From contig JANPJS010000319.1 in the NCBI GenBank assembly GCA_031425655.1, forward strand, positions 1 through 24,939: a DNA stretch of 24,939 bases. The letters run 5' to 3'. Made by a program: the position numbers and the translations under genes. Positions 1 to 8,342 of this stretch are shown here, piece by piece (position 1 is the stretch's first letter; each line of letters starts with the position of its first letter). The DNA comes from Abditibacteriaceae bacterium (lineage in GTDB: Bacteria > Armatimonadota > Abditibacteriia > Abditibacteriales > Abditibacteriaceae). The notes beneath the pieces are model-generated. The model had not been told where the DNA came from and searched no databases. It saw nothing but the letters and a program-made list of their open reading frames with translations.

Positions 1-11
1 CAGAATGACAA
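1..11. repeat. Tail of a GTCATTCTGAG-type palindromic repeat (truncated by window start)
   Basis: CAGAATGACAA is the exact reverse complement of TTGTCATTCTG at 24871-24881. Confidence 0.7.
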
Positions 12-43
12 CCCTTCTTGAATTTGCCTGCCTGACACACTCC

Positions 44-58
44 ACTGCGTAAGGTGAA
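44..58. mobile_element. Right terminal inverted repeat of family-B MITE (element truncated by window start)
   Basis: ACTGCGTAAGGTGA at 44-57 is identical (14/14) to 17395-17408, the right end of the complete copy. Confidence 0.65.
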
Positions 59-188
59 AGCCAAAAATACATGGCGAAAAATCGCCTGACCAGTAAAAAC
101 GCCTTCGATATGCTGGTCAAAAAAGCGATTCGCTCGTAGGCCGCGCGGCGCCACATCCTCTTTACCAACTGAAACCGCGCTCGATGGC

Positions 189-217
189 TTGCTTTTCGCG
201 GCCCGGCGGCTTAATCT
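189..217 (+). promoter_or_regulatory. Sigma70-type promoter, probably producing a leaderless trpA mRNA
   Basis: TTGCTT (189-194), 17-nt spacer, TAATCT (212-217); ATG at 226 lies 8 nt downstream with no SD. Confidence 0.55.
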
Positions 218-225
218 TTTCTTGC

Positions 226-1038
226 ATGACCCGACTGCAAGACACATTTCATCAATTGAAGGCGCGCAACGAGCGCGCCTTCGTGCCGTTCGTCACCTGC
301 GGCGACCCCGATTTAGCCACGACAGAATCACTGGTGCGCGCTTATATCGCAGCCGGCGCCGACATCGTGGAAATCGGCATCCCTTTCACCGATCCGCTGG
401 CCGATGGCCCGACGATTCAACGCGCTTCCGAGCGCGCTTTAGCCGGCGGCGTGACGATGGACGATGCGCTCGAACTGATCGCCGAAATGCGCCGCGAAAC
501 CGATGTGCCGCTGGTTCCGATGACTTATATCAACCCGGTTTATCAAATCGGCTACGCCCGCTTTGCCGCGCGTTGCGCCGACGCAGGCGCCGACGCGGTG
601 ATTATTTCCGACTTGCCGCCCGAAGAAGGCACCGATTGGGTCGCAGCAGGCCGAAAACACGGCATCGGCACGATTTTCCTTGTCGCGCCGACTTCCGACG
701 AAGCGCGTGTCGAAGCCGTCGCGCGGGCCGCGTCCGGCTTCGTTTACGCGGTCGCACGCATGGGCGTAACAGGAGCCAAAAGCGACGTTCCGCCCGAAAT
801 CGGCGGCTTGATTCAGCGCATTCGCCGCCACACTGCGACGCCAATTTGCGCCGGATTCGGTTTCTCTTCACCCGCGCAAATCGCCGCGACGTGCCGCGAA
901 ACGGATGTGGACGGCATCGTCGTCGCCTCGGCCTTGATTGACGTTTTTGAAAACGCGCCGGGCACGAATCAGGAGCGTGTTCGCATCACTTCCGCGAGAG
1001 CGAAAGAATTGAAAGACGCAACACGAATTCACAATTAA
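226..1038 (+). CDS. trpA: Tryptophan synthase alpha chain
   Basis: Motifs FVPFVTCGDPD, EIGIPFTDPLADGPTIQ, MTYINPV, DLPPEE, FLVAPTS, GVTG, GFGFS. Start moved from 184 to 226 (MTRLQDTF), matching typical TrpA N-termini. Confidence 0.97.
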   Translation: MTRLQDTFHQLKARNERAFVPFVTCGDPDLATTESLVRAYIAAGADIVEIGIPFTDPLADGPTIQRASERALAGGVTMDDALELIAEMRRETDVPLVPMTYINPVYQIGYARFAARCADAGADAVIISDLPPEEGTDWVAAGRKHGIGTIFLVAPTSDEARVEAVARAASGFVYAVARMGVTGAKSDVPPEIGGLIQRIRRHTATPICAGFGFSSPAQIAATCRETDVDGIVVASALIDVFENAPGTNQERVRITSARAKELKDATRIHN

Positions 1039-1039
1039 A

Positions 1040-1352
1040 ACGGCAAGGCGGAAAGGGCGTAAAGACGAAAAAGAGGTTCAGAGATTTCAAAAATGGTATC
1101 GAATTGCTCTAAGAGTCTGTGTTCAAATAAAGTTATTTTGGGTAAAAACGGCCCCATGGCAAAAAATGGATTGGCAAAAAATGGGGGAAAGAGTGGAATT
1201 GATCCCCCGCAATGCCATAGATGCCCTTATTTTTTGCCAATCCATTTTTTGCCAATCCTTTTTGGCTCTTCAAAGGCAACGGCCTGAATAACTTTATTTG
1301 ACCACAGGCTCTAAAAGTTCTTTCCGTCTTCTCGCCCTTCCCGACTTTCCGT
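1040..1352. repeat. 9-mer-periodic imperfect palindrome (arms 1040-1071 and 1321-1352) enclosing a MITE
   Basis: Left arm ACGGCAAGGCGGAAAGGGCGTAAAGACGAAAA vs reverse complement of right arm ACGGAAAGTCGGGAAGGGCGAGAAGACGGAAA: 26/32 by manual alignment. Confidence 0.6.
1113..1311. mobile_element. MITE family A copy 1 (IS5-family-like ends, TAA target duplication)
   Basis: 25-bp TIRs (1113-1137 and 1287-1311, 23/25 match), TAA on both sides (1110-1112, 1312-1314), perfect internal 26-bp inverted repeat 1157-1182/1229-1254; second copy at 11500-11682. Confidence 0.85.
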
Positions 1353-1373
1353 CAACTCAAACCGAGAAACATC

Positions 1374-2129
1374 ATGCAACTGACGATTCTTCAAAAACGC
1401 CGATTTTTCGAGCAGGGCTTTTTGCACATTCCCGGTGTGGTTCCGCGCGTCATGGTGGACGCGGCATTGCGCGCCATCAATCACTCGCTGGGCGAAGGCT
1501 TGCCTTCCGAAGACATTGCCAAAACGCGTTCGCAAACCTATTGCCGCGAGTTGACCGGGCAGCCTGTTATCGCCGATTTGCTGAACAAAACTCCGGCGTG
1601 GTCGCTGGCTGAATCGGCGCTTGAGGAAGGCAAACTCAAGCCATGCGGCGGCGGCCAAATCGCCATTCGTTTTCCCAGCTTTCAAGACCCGCCAAAACCG
1701 CCGCATCCGCACGTTGACGGAATGTATACGCCCAACAACGGCGTCAAAGAAGGCACGATTTCCAACTTCACGATGTTAGCCGGCGTGCTGCTCAGCGACC
1801 TCACCGCGCCGTTTTCCGGCAATTTCACGGTTTGGCCGGGAACGCACCATTTGTTTCAAGATTACTGGCGAGAACACGGCTCGGAATCGCTGCTCGACGG
1901 AATGCCGAAAGTGGAAATGCCCGCACCGCTGCAAATCGAAGGCAAGGCCGGCGACATCGTTTTAGTGCATTGGGCGACCGCACACAGCGCCGCCATCAAC
2001 ATTTCGCCGCACGTTCGCTACGCGATTTTCTTTCGTCTCAAGCACGAAAATCACGACGCGCATCCGCTCGAAACCATGCAAGACATCTGGATGGACTGGA
2101 ACAATTTACGAGTTACGAATGACGAGTGA
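1374..2129 (+). CDS. Phytanoyl-CoA dioxygenase (PhyH)-family Fe(II)/2-oxoglutarate dioxygenase
   Basis: FFEQGFLHIPGV start, HxD (PHVDG), GNFTVWPGTH, KAGDIVLVH..TAHSA, distal Arg (VRYAIFFR). Confidence 0.85.
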   Translation: MQLTILQKRRFFEQGFLHIPGVVPRVMVDAALRAINHSLGEGLPSEDIAKTRSQTYCRELTGQPVIADLLNKTPAWSLAESALEEGKLKPCGGGQIAIRFPSFQDPPKPPHPHVDGMYTPNNGVKEGTISNFTMLAGVLLSDLTAPFSGNFTVWPGTHHLFQDYWREHGSESLLDGMPKVEMPAPLQIEGKAGDIVLVHWATAHSAAINISPHVRYAIFFRLKHENHDAHPLETMQDIWMDWNNLRVTNDE

Positions 2130-2165
2130 CGAATTTAAACTCGTCACTCGTCATTCGTAACTCGT
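2108..2165. repeat. Heptamer-periodic perfect palindrome
   Basis: ACGAGTTACGAATGACGAGTGACGA (2108-2132) is the exact reverse complement of 2141-2165; 8-nt loop; built from ACGAGTT/ACGAATG/ACGAGTG 7-mers. Confidence 0.9.
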
Positions 2166-2169
2166 CATT

Positions 2170-3006
2170 ATGAAGACTTTTTCTTCCGCTACTTACCACG
2201 CCCGCGCCATCGTGCTGCGGGTGCGCGTTTTGGGCGAAAAAGACCGCGTGATGACGCTGCTTTCCGAAGAGCGCGGCAAATTCGACGCAACGGCGCGCGG
2301 CGCACGCGGGCCTAAAGGCAAGTTGATGGGCGTGGCACAGCCGTTCATTTTAGCGCGCTTTTTAGTCGCGCACGGACGCAGCATAGACATTGCCACGCAA
2401 GCCGAAATCGAGAACGCGCATCCTCATATCGCTACCGATTTATTAAAAAGCGCGTGGGCGACTTATTGCTGCGAATTGAGCAGCTTTCTGCCCGAACATC
2501 TGCCGGAAAACGAATTGTTTTTTCTGCTGCGCGATACGCTCAGCGCTTTTGATTTAGCCGCGCCGGAGCAAGTCGAAAGCATCGGGCGCTGGTTCGAGGC
2601 GCGTTATCTGGTGCTGCTCGGCTACGCGCCGCAAATCGGACGCTGCGTGGCCTGCGATAAGAAAATCGTCGTGCCCGCGGACGATGCAGCGCGGCGTTTG
2701 ATTTATTCGCCCAGTCTGGGAGGAACTTTGTGCGGCGACTGCGCCAACCGCGATGCGCAGCGCCTCGCGGTCAACGTGCAGGCGCTGCGAGCTTTGCATC
2801 GCTTGAGCCGCGCCATGGAACCCGCACCCGTCGAGCTAACCGGAAATGCGCGCCGCGATCTGCGCGATTGCTTGCGGCGCGGTCTGATGGCGCACCTGGA
2901 GATCAAACCGAAGTCGCAAGCCTTCTTGGACGAAGTGACTCACGACCTTGCTCTTCAAGCTCCGGTGGAAACTCTCGTCCCGCCAAACGACTCAAATGAC
3001 GTATAA
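2170..3006 (+). CDS. recO: DNA repair protein RecO
   Basis: N-terminal AIVLR..LGEKDRVMTLLSEERGK..ARGAR OB-fold pattern, LGYAPQ, zinc finger CVAC...CGDC, C-terminal HLEIKPKS. Confidence 0.93.
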   Translation: MKTFSSATYHARAIVLRVRVLGEKDRVMTLLSEERGKFDATARGARGPKGKLMGVAQPFILARFLVAHGRSIDIATQAEIENAHPHIATDLLKSAWATYCCELSSFLPEHLPENELFFLLRDTLSAFDLAAPEQVESIGRWFEARYLVLLGYAPQIGRCVACDKKIVVPADDAARRLIYSPSLGGTLCGDCANRDAQRLAVNVQALRALHRLSRAMEPAPVELTGNARRDLRDCLRRGLMAHLEIKPKSQAFLDEVTHDLALQAPVETLVPPNDSNDV

Positions 3007-3060
3007 TTATTAGGCAGAAACGGCTCGACCTCACCTCCAACAGCTCAGGGGGATCGCATT

Positions 3061-3915
3061 ATGATGGACGACACCACCGGCACCACACAACCCGACATTT
3101 TATCGAATTCCAACTCCGCTCCGGCCAATTTCGGCGGCGAAATGGACGACCCTGCCGATCAGCCTCAAGACGCCGGCAGCGGCGATTTGCGCTGGGTTTG
3201 GCGCGAGGTTCGCAAGCGCGTCTTCATCAAACTGCCGTTTTCCCTCGGAGTAGCCGAAGCTCTCCAAGCCGCCACGCCGATCATCCTGGACTTGGACGAC
3301 GACACCTTCGTAGTCGGACTTTCATCGCGCGATTATCCTTTGTCGAGCCATTTGATGGGCACCAACGTGCGCAACACCATTGAAAATATCCTGCGTTTGG
3401 CTTCGCATCGCTCCATTCACTTCGAGGTGATCGAAGGCTCGACCATCGAAGAATGGAACGAAGTCAAACGCCGTCGTTCGCGGGCCAGCGAAGCCGTCAT
3501 CGCGATGGCTGAGCAGAAGGTCGAAGAGCATCACTACGAAGACGTAATTAACCAGATCATCGGCGAAATCCGTCGTCGCATCACGGCTTCGCGGGATCGC
3601 GGCCTGCCCCAGGTGCGCGCTCAGTTGATGCTTGATGTCGTTCCGTCGCTCGGCGATGCCACGGAAATGTTGTTCCATGACCCTGATACGCACGATGCGC
3701 GGCGCGTGATGGCGCGGGCCATAGATCGCGTTGCCAACTTTATTGATGTGCCGCCGGTCATGCTCGCCCTCGAAATCGAGCGCTACCGCCGCGAGCAAAA
3801 AGCCGCACCTCTGCCGCCCAGAGTCGCAGCAATTGCAGCGGTCGCAGCGGCAGCATCGCCTAAAACACCACCAGACACGGCGCCCGCGCCGGTTGCCGAA
3901 GCACAAAATTCCTAA
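3061..3915 (+). CDS. Hypothetical protein; N-terminal domain resembles DnaA domain I/DciA-type fold, C-terminal part helical
   Basis: Long ORF with coding-like codon usage, GGGGA SD-like motif upstream, TATAAT at 3002-3007. Fold call is from pattern only. Confidence 0.8.
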   Translation: MMDDTTGTTQPDILSNSNSAPANFGGEMDDPADQPQDAGSGDLRWVWREVRKRVFIKLPFSLGVAEALQAATPIILDLDDDTFVVGLSSRDYPLSSHLMGTNVRNTIENILRLASHRSIHFEVIEGSTIEEWNEVKRRRSRASEAVIAMAEQKVEEHHYEDVINQIIGEIRRRITASRDRGLPQVRAQLMLDVVPSLGDATEMLFHDPDTHDARRVMARAIDRVANFIDVPPVMLALEIERYRREQKAAPLPPRVAAIAAVAAAASPKTPPDTAPAPVAEAQNS

Positions 3916-3920
3916 TTGCG

Positions 3921-6020
3921 GTGCCTTTTCCCTTGCCTGATTCCAATCTCGAACCTGCCGCCGATTCTGAAATCGTTGAAGCTCAGCCGGAACCTCATCC
4001 TGAATTTCTCTCGCAAGCCTCCGTGCCCGCCAAGCGGCTGCCTTTGGCCGCGATTTTCGTGGTAACTGTGACGGCGGCTTGCCTACTCGTCGCTGCTTTG
4101 AATCGTCCGGCGCAAGAAACCGCACAAACTAATCCAACAGCCGCGCCGCCGGCGACAGTCGCGCCAAGCACCGATTCGAGCATTTCGCCCTACCTTTTAC
4201 AACCGACGCCTTCGAGCGCAACGCAGCCGCGCCCGGCACCTGTTTTGGCCGCGCCGAGCGTTGCCGCCGCGCCGAGCGGAATTGCCGCGCCGACCATCGC
4301 GCCTTCTTCGCCGGCGAAACCCATGTTCACGCGCGGCGAAGCGGCTTTGGCTGCCGGCAATTTGGAGGAAGCTAAAAGCGCTTTTGAAGGCGCTCTGGCT
4401 GCCGATTCCGAATTGGCGCTCGCGCATTTACGACTGGCAGGCATCGCGATAGCCAAAAACGATGGCCCCGGCGCCGTCAGGCACCTGGAAACCGCCGTCA
4501 AACTGACGCCACGCGACATCGCGCCGCGCCTTGAACTCACTAATTTGCATTTGCAAATGCGCCAACCTGCCAAAGCCGAAAACGCGGCGCGCGAGGCCGT
4601 GAAATTCGCCGCCGACGCGAAATCGAAGCGCGCCGCGCAGGGAAATCTGGCGCAAACTTTGGCCATGACCGGCAAACACGCAGCGGCTTACGCGCAGTGG
4701 ACGGCGTTAGCCAAAAGCAATTCGCGCGATGCCGAAGCCGCGCTCGCAGCCGGTGTTTTGGCCGCAGGCGCGCTGAAAAAGCCCGGTGAAGCGCGCAAAT
4801 GGCTGGCGCAAGCGGCCAAAGCGCCGGTCACTGATCCCGATGTCACGGCAAGCATCGCCGGAATTTTAGCGCGCAATAATCAGATCAAAGATGCCGAGCG
4901 GCTGCTCAGCGAGGGCGTGCGCAAATTCCCGCAATATATCCCGCTCAACATCGCGTTAGCCGAAGCGCGTTTAGCGCGCGGCGATGCCAAAAACGCCGCT
5001 GCCGCCTTAAAATCCGCGTTGGCGCGCGTGCCCGGCGCGGCAGCTAACGGCCAAGCAAAAGGCGAGCTTCATCTGGCGCTGGCGAAGGTTTACGCGGCGC
5101 AAGAGCAATGGAATCCGGCGCAGCAGGAAGCCCAAAAAGCCGCATTATTGACGCCTAAACACCCCGCGCCGCAAGCTTTGCTGGCCCGCTTGCGTTTCGC
5201 CGCCGGTGATGAAAAAGGCGGCATTGAAGCATTGCGCCGCGTAGTCCAGTTCGACCCGCAAAACGGCGGCGCACGCCTCGAATTGGCCCGCGCTTTAGCA
5301 GCCACAAAGCAATTTCCCTTAGCCAAGCAAGAATTGGAAGCGTTGCTCAAAGCGCATCCCAAAAGCCCCGATGTGCTGGCTGCTTTTGCCGATGTCGCCG
5401 AAGCCTCCGGCGATAAACAAGGCGCCCTGAAACATTGGACAAGCGTGGCGGGCCTCGCTCCAAAAGAACCGCTACCCGCGTTGCACCAAGCGCGGCTCAT
5501 GGAGGCGCTCGGCCAAAATGATAAGGCGCTCGAACGCTATCGCTTTGTGCTAAAAATGATTCCCAACGAGCCAAATGCCCTTTTTGGCGCCGCGAAAATC
5601 GAAGAGAAATCCGGCGACGAAATGCGGGCGTTGGCGCATTTGAAAGCGCTGATTGCCGCGCAACCGGGCTTGGAGCCGGCTTACGAACCGTTGGTGCGCT
5701 TGGCCAAAAAGAAGAATCAAATGCCGGCGACGGTGAGTTTTCTGAAGCAGCAACTCGCTAAAAATCCCGACCAACGCGCGGCTTACACCGCGATTTTAGA
5801 GGATGCCGAAGCGCGCGGCGATGCTGAAAGCGGACGCAAATTCGTCAAGAGTTTCATTGATAAATATCCGAAATTAGCCGCGCCGCGCGCCGCCATTGAC
5901 ACCTTCGATTTGCGCCGCGCCAAAAAAATGCTGTCCGATTTAGAAAAGCGCGATTCCACGCGCGAACCGCGCGGTTCGACGCTGCCGACTCCGCCGCCCG
6001 ATAAGCCGGCCACGCCATGA
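3921..6020 (+). CDS. Membrane-anchored tetratricopeptide-repeat protein
   Basis: One TM segment (LAAIFVVTVTAACLLVAAL), Pro/Ala linker, many ~34-aa TPR-like units (A..A..A...P...A...LA). Confidence 0.88.
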   Translation: MPFPLPDSNLEPAADSEIVEAQPEPHPEFLSQASVPAKRLPLAAIFVVTVTAACLLVAALNRPAQETAQTNPTAAPPATVAPSTDSSISPYLLQPTPSSATQPRPAPVLAAPSVAAAPSGIAAPTIAPSSPAKPMFTRGEAALAAGNLEEAKSAFEGALAADSELALAHLRLAGIAIAKNDGPGAVRHLETAVKLTPRDIAPRLELTNLHLQMRQPAKAENAAREAVKFAADAKSKRAAQGNLAQTLAMTGKHAAAYAQWTALAKSNSRDAEAALAAGVLAAGALKKPGEARKWLAQAAKAPVTDPDVTASIAGILARNNQIKDAERLLSEGVRKFPQYIPLNIALAEARLARGDAKNAAAALKSALARVPGAAANGQAKGELHLALAKVYAAQEQWNPAQQEAQKAALLTPKHPAPQALLARLRFAAGDEKGGIEALRRVVQFDPQNGGARLELARALAATKQFPLAKQELEALLKAHPKSPDVLAAFADVAEASGDKQGALKHWTSVAGLAPKEPLPALHQARLMEALGQNDKALERYRFVLKMIPNEPNALFGAAKIEEKSGDEMRALAHLKALIAAQPGLEPAYEPLVRLAKKKNQMPATVSFLKQQLAKNPDQRAAYTAILEDAEARGDAESGRKFVKSFIDKYPKLAAPRAAIDTFDLRRAKKMLSDLEKRDSTREPRGSTLPTPPPDKPATP

Positions 6021-6331
6021 AGCGCCTCGAACTGACTTGGATGGTTTTCGCGCAATTCATTCATTTGGCGTCACTTTGGACTTGGGCGCGCATACTGGAT
6101 ATTCTCCGCGAAACGTCCGTTGGCCCCGCTGAAGCAAAGGCAATCTGGCCGACCTTTGTCATTTTATTGGCGTTGATTTATCCCATTCTGCTTTTGTCTT
6201 GCAGCGGCGCGGCGTGGGTGAAATACGCGAAGCGCGAAACCAATCTGGCGCTGATGTTGATTTCGCTGCCGCTATTTCTTTCGCTGCCGGTCGTGACCTA
6301 CGGTTTCGTCATGTTTATGGCGCTGCGGTAA
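6017..6331 (+). CDS. Small integral membrane hypothetical protein (about 3 TM)
   Basis: ATGA overlap with the TPR gene stop; three hydrophobic segments. Confidence 0.7.
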   Translation: MKRLELTWMVFAQFIHLASLWTWARILDILRETSVGPAEAKAIWPTFVILLALIYPILLLSCSGAAWVKYAKRETNLALMLISLPLFLSLPVVTYGFVMFMALR

Positions 6332-6335
6332 GCAT

Positions 6336-8033
6336 TTATCTCTTCAACCACGCCATTAATTCAACGATAGATTTGGTGTTGAGAATGTCCGCTTTTTCGC
6401 ACCACGCGCGCCGCGCCGTGATGATGCCCAACGCCACATTATCCAGCATTCGCGTCGAATGAGCATCGGTATTGATGGATAAAAGCACGCCGGCTTCGCG
6501 CGCTGCAAAAGCGTGTTCGTCGCTTAAGTCAAGACGCTCGCTGCAATTGATTTCGAGCGCCGTTTTTGTCGCGGCGGCGGCTTCGATGAGCGCCGCGACA
6601 TTCACCTGATAGCCGGGCCGCACGCCCAAAACGCGCCCCGTCGGATGCGCGACAATGTCCACCGCAGGATGGCTGAGAGCGCGCACCATGCGCGCGGTTT
6701 GCGGCGCTTCGTCCATGTTGAAACCCGAATGCACGCTGGCGATGACGATGTCGAGTTCGTGGAGAATTTCGTCATCGAGATCGAGCGAACCGTCGCGCAA
6801 AATGTCGCATTCCACGCCGCGCAAGATTTTTATGTCCGAAAATTCGGCCTGCACTGCGTTGATTTCATCGGCCTGCGCACGCAATCGTTTGGCGTCCAGG
6901 CCGCCGGCCATCGCCAAAGCCTTCGAGTGGTCGGAAATGACGTGATATTCGTAGCCGCGCGCTCTGGCGCCTTCGACCATTTGGCGAATGCTGTGGCGCC
7001 CGTCGCTCCACGTCGAATGCGCGTGCAATTCGCCGCGAATGTCGCTCTGCGTGATGAGATTCGGCAGACGATGCGCGATGGCCGCCTGCCATTCGCCGCG
7101 CGATTCGCGCAGTTCCGGCGCAATGAAATCGGCGCCCAGCAGCGCGAAAATCTCGATTTCATCGGCGCCCGCGACACGTTGTTTATCTTTAAAAACGCCT
7201 TCGGGCCACAGTTCTAATCCGAGCGTTGCTGCGCGTTGCTGCGCCTCCACGATGTGTCCCGTCGTTCCTGTGTGAAAGAACATCTGAGTGCCGAATTGCT
7301 CGCGCGGCCAGCATCCCAAATGCACCGCTATGCCGGAGCGCACCTGCACCTTCGCGTGGTGATTGTTCTCCTGTTCTACTGCCAACACGAAAGGCAATTT
7401 CACAAACGCCGCGACCGTCGCCGGGTCATTGGTGGTTTGCACGAGGATATGGATGGCATCGGAGGTATCGCAGCCGCGCCGCACCGAACCGGCGACTGAA
7501 ACGCGGTCTACGGAAGCGATTTGCGCAACCGCATCGGCCACGCGTTCGGCCAGATTTAAAGCATCGCCCAAAGGCAGGCGGCGCGTCATCTGGGCCACGC
7601 GTTGCAGCGCATTTTCCAGATTTTTCAGCGAGGCCGGGCCAAAACCGGCCACTTTTTTGATGGTTTCATCGGCCATCGCGCTTTTCAACATTTCAACGCT
7701 GCCAATGCCCGCTTCAAAGAGCGCGGCGACACGTTTTGGCCCCAGTCCCGGCACTTCGAGCAGTTCCAACAGGCCCGGCGGATACTTTTCCTTCAAGCCT
7801 TCGAGCAAGCGCACTTGCCCGGTCGCTAAAAACTCGCGCGCGATGCCCGCCGTTCCTTTGCCCAAACCTTCGATGCTTTCCAGCGTGTCCGCCATGTCTT
7901 CAATCGGCTGCGACAAAGCTGCGATGGCTTCCCCGGCGCGGCGATATGCGCGAATTTTGAACGGGTTGTCTCCGGCTAATTCGTGATAATCGGCGATGGC
8001 ATCGAATGTCTGGGCTAAGGCAGCGTTTTGCAT
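6336..8033 (-). CDS. polX: DNA polymerase X family/PHP domain fusion with non-canonical polymerase active site
   Basis: NPFKIRAYRRA, HhH motifs IEGLGKG and VPGLGPKR, GSVRR, IAPELRE; PHP motifs LHAHSTWSDG, SDHS, GVECDI, SVHS, AHPTGR, NTDAH. Confidence 0.95.
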   Translation of the reverse strand: MQNAALAQTFDAIADYHELAGDNPFKIRAYRRAGEAIAALSQPIEDMADTLESIEGLGKGTAGIAREFLATGQVRLLEGLKEKYPPGLLELLEVPGLGPKRVAALFEAGIGSVEMLKSAMADETIKKVAGFGPASLKNLENALQRVAQMTRRLPLGDALNLAERVADAVAQIASVDRVSVAGSVRRGCDTSDAIHILVQTTNDPATVAAFVKLPFVLAVEQENNHHAKVQVRSGIAVHLGCWPREQFGTQMFFHTGTTGHIVEAQQRAATLGLELWPEGVFKDKQRVAGADEIEIFALLGADFIAPELRESRGEWQAAIAHRLPNLITQSDIRGELHAHSTWSDGRHSIRQMVEGARARGYEYHVISDHSKALAMAGGLDAKRLRAQADEINAVQAEFSDIKILRGVECDILRDGSLDLDDEILHELDIVIASVHSGFNMDEAPQTARMVRALSHPAVDIVAHPTGRVLGVRPGYQVNVAALIEAAAATKTALEINCSERLDLSDEHAFAAREAGVLLSINTDAHSTRMLDNVALGIITARRAWCEKADILNTKSIVELMAWLKR

Positions 8034-8312
8034 AAAAAAATTCCCGTATTGACAACTGGCATCGGCCTTCGGGCCTTTGCCATACTGAGCAAAGACGCAA
8101 CCATGCCGGCCCTGCGCCCGCGCGCGATTTGCAGCGCAACGCAGTTCCCATCGCCGAAAAATCAGAAGATTTCGCGCGCCGATTTCCTAAATTAGCGCAC
8201 ACGGGCAGCCAAACTATCGAACCATTGCGCGACAACGTGCCGCCCGTTTTGCTGCAACCGGCGGCGCTGGAAAACGAGGCCGATTTTCCGCGAGAAGTGC
8301 TCCGGCAACGCT

Positions 8313-8321
8313 TGATAGAAT
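8313..8321 (+). promoter_or_regulatory. Extended -10 promoter element
   Basis: TG-A-TAGAAT ending 21 nt upstream of ATG 8343. Confidence 0.4.
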
Positions 8322-8342
8322 CTCGTCAATAACATCCATTTT

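Noticed and set aside
71..175. trp attenuator or leader peptide
   Set aside because: The short ORF has no Trp codons and trpA appears to have its own promoter downstream.
1093..1287. 64-aa ORF
   Set aside because: Lies almost wholly within MITE family A; the repeated AKNG units are translated 15-mers.
2105..2169. CRISPR array
   Set aside because: 7-nt tandem units in inverted arrangement, no spacers, no cas genes.
3322..4125. 267-aa minus-strand ORF (similarly 189-941, 7363-7986, 13746-14375, 18140-18913)
   Set aside because: Overlap well-supported genes; Arg-rich or shadow composition expected in GC-rich DNA.
8057..8082. TGGCA-GGCC-TTCG-GGCC-TGCCA hairpin near TTGACA upstream of polX as a riboswitch or promoter
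   Set aside because: Too short, matches no riboswitch consensus I recognise, and TTGACA has no properly spaced -10.
8129..8332. 67-aa ORF between polX and the H-X9-DG gene
   Set aside because: TTG start without SD and no motif. Codon usage is plausible, so it is not excluded, but it cannot be supported.
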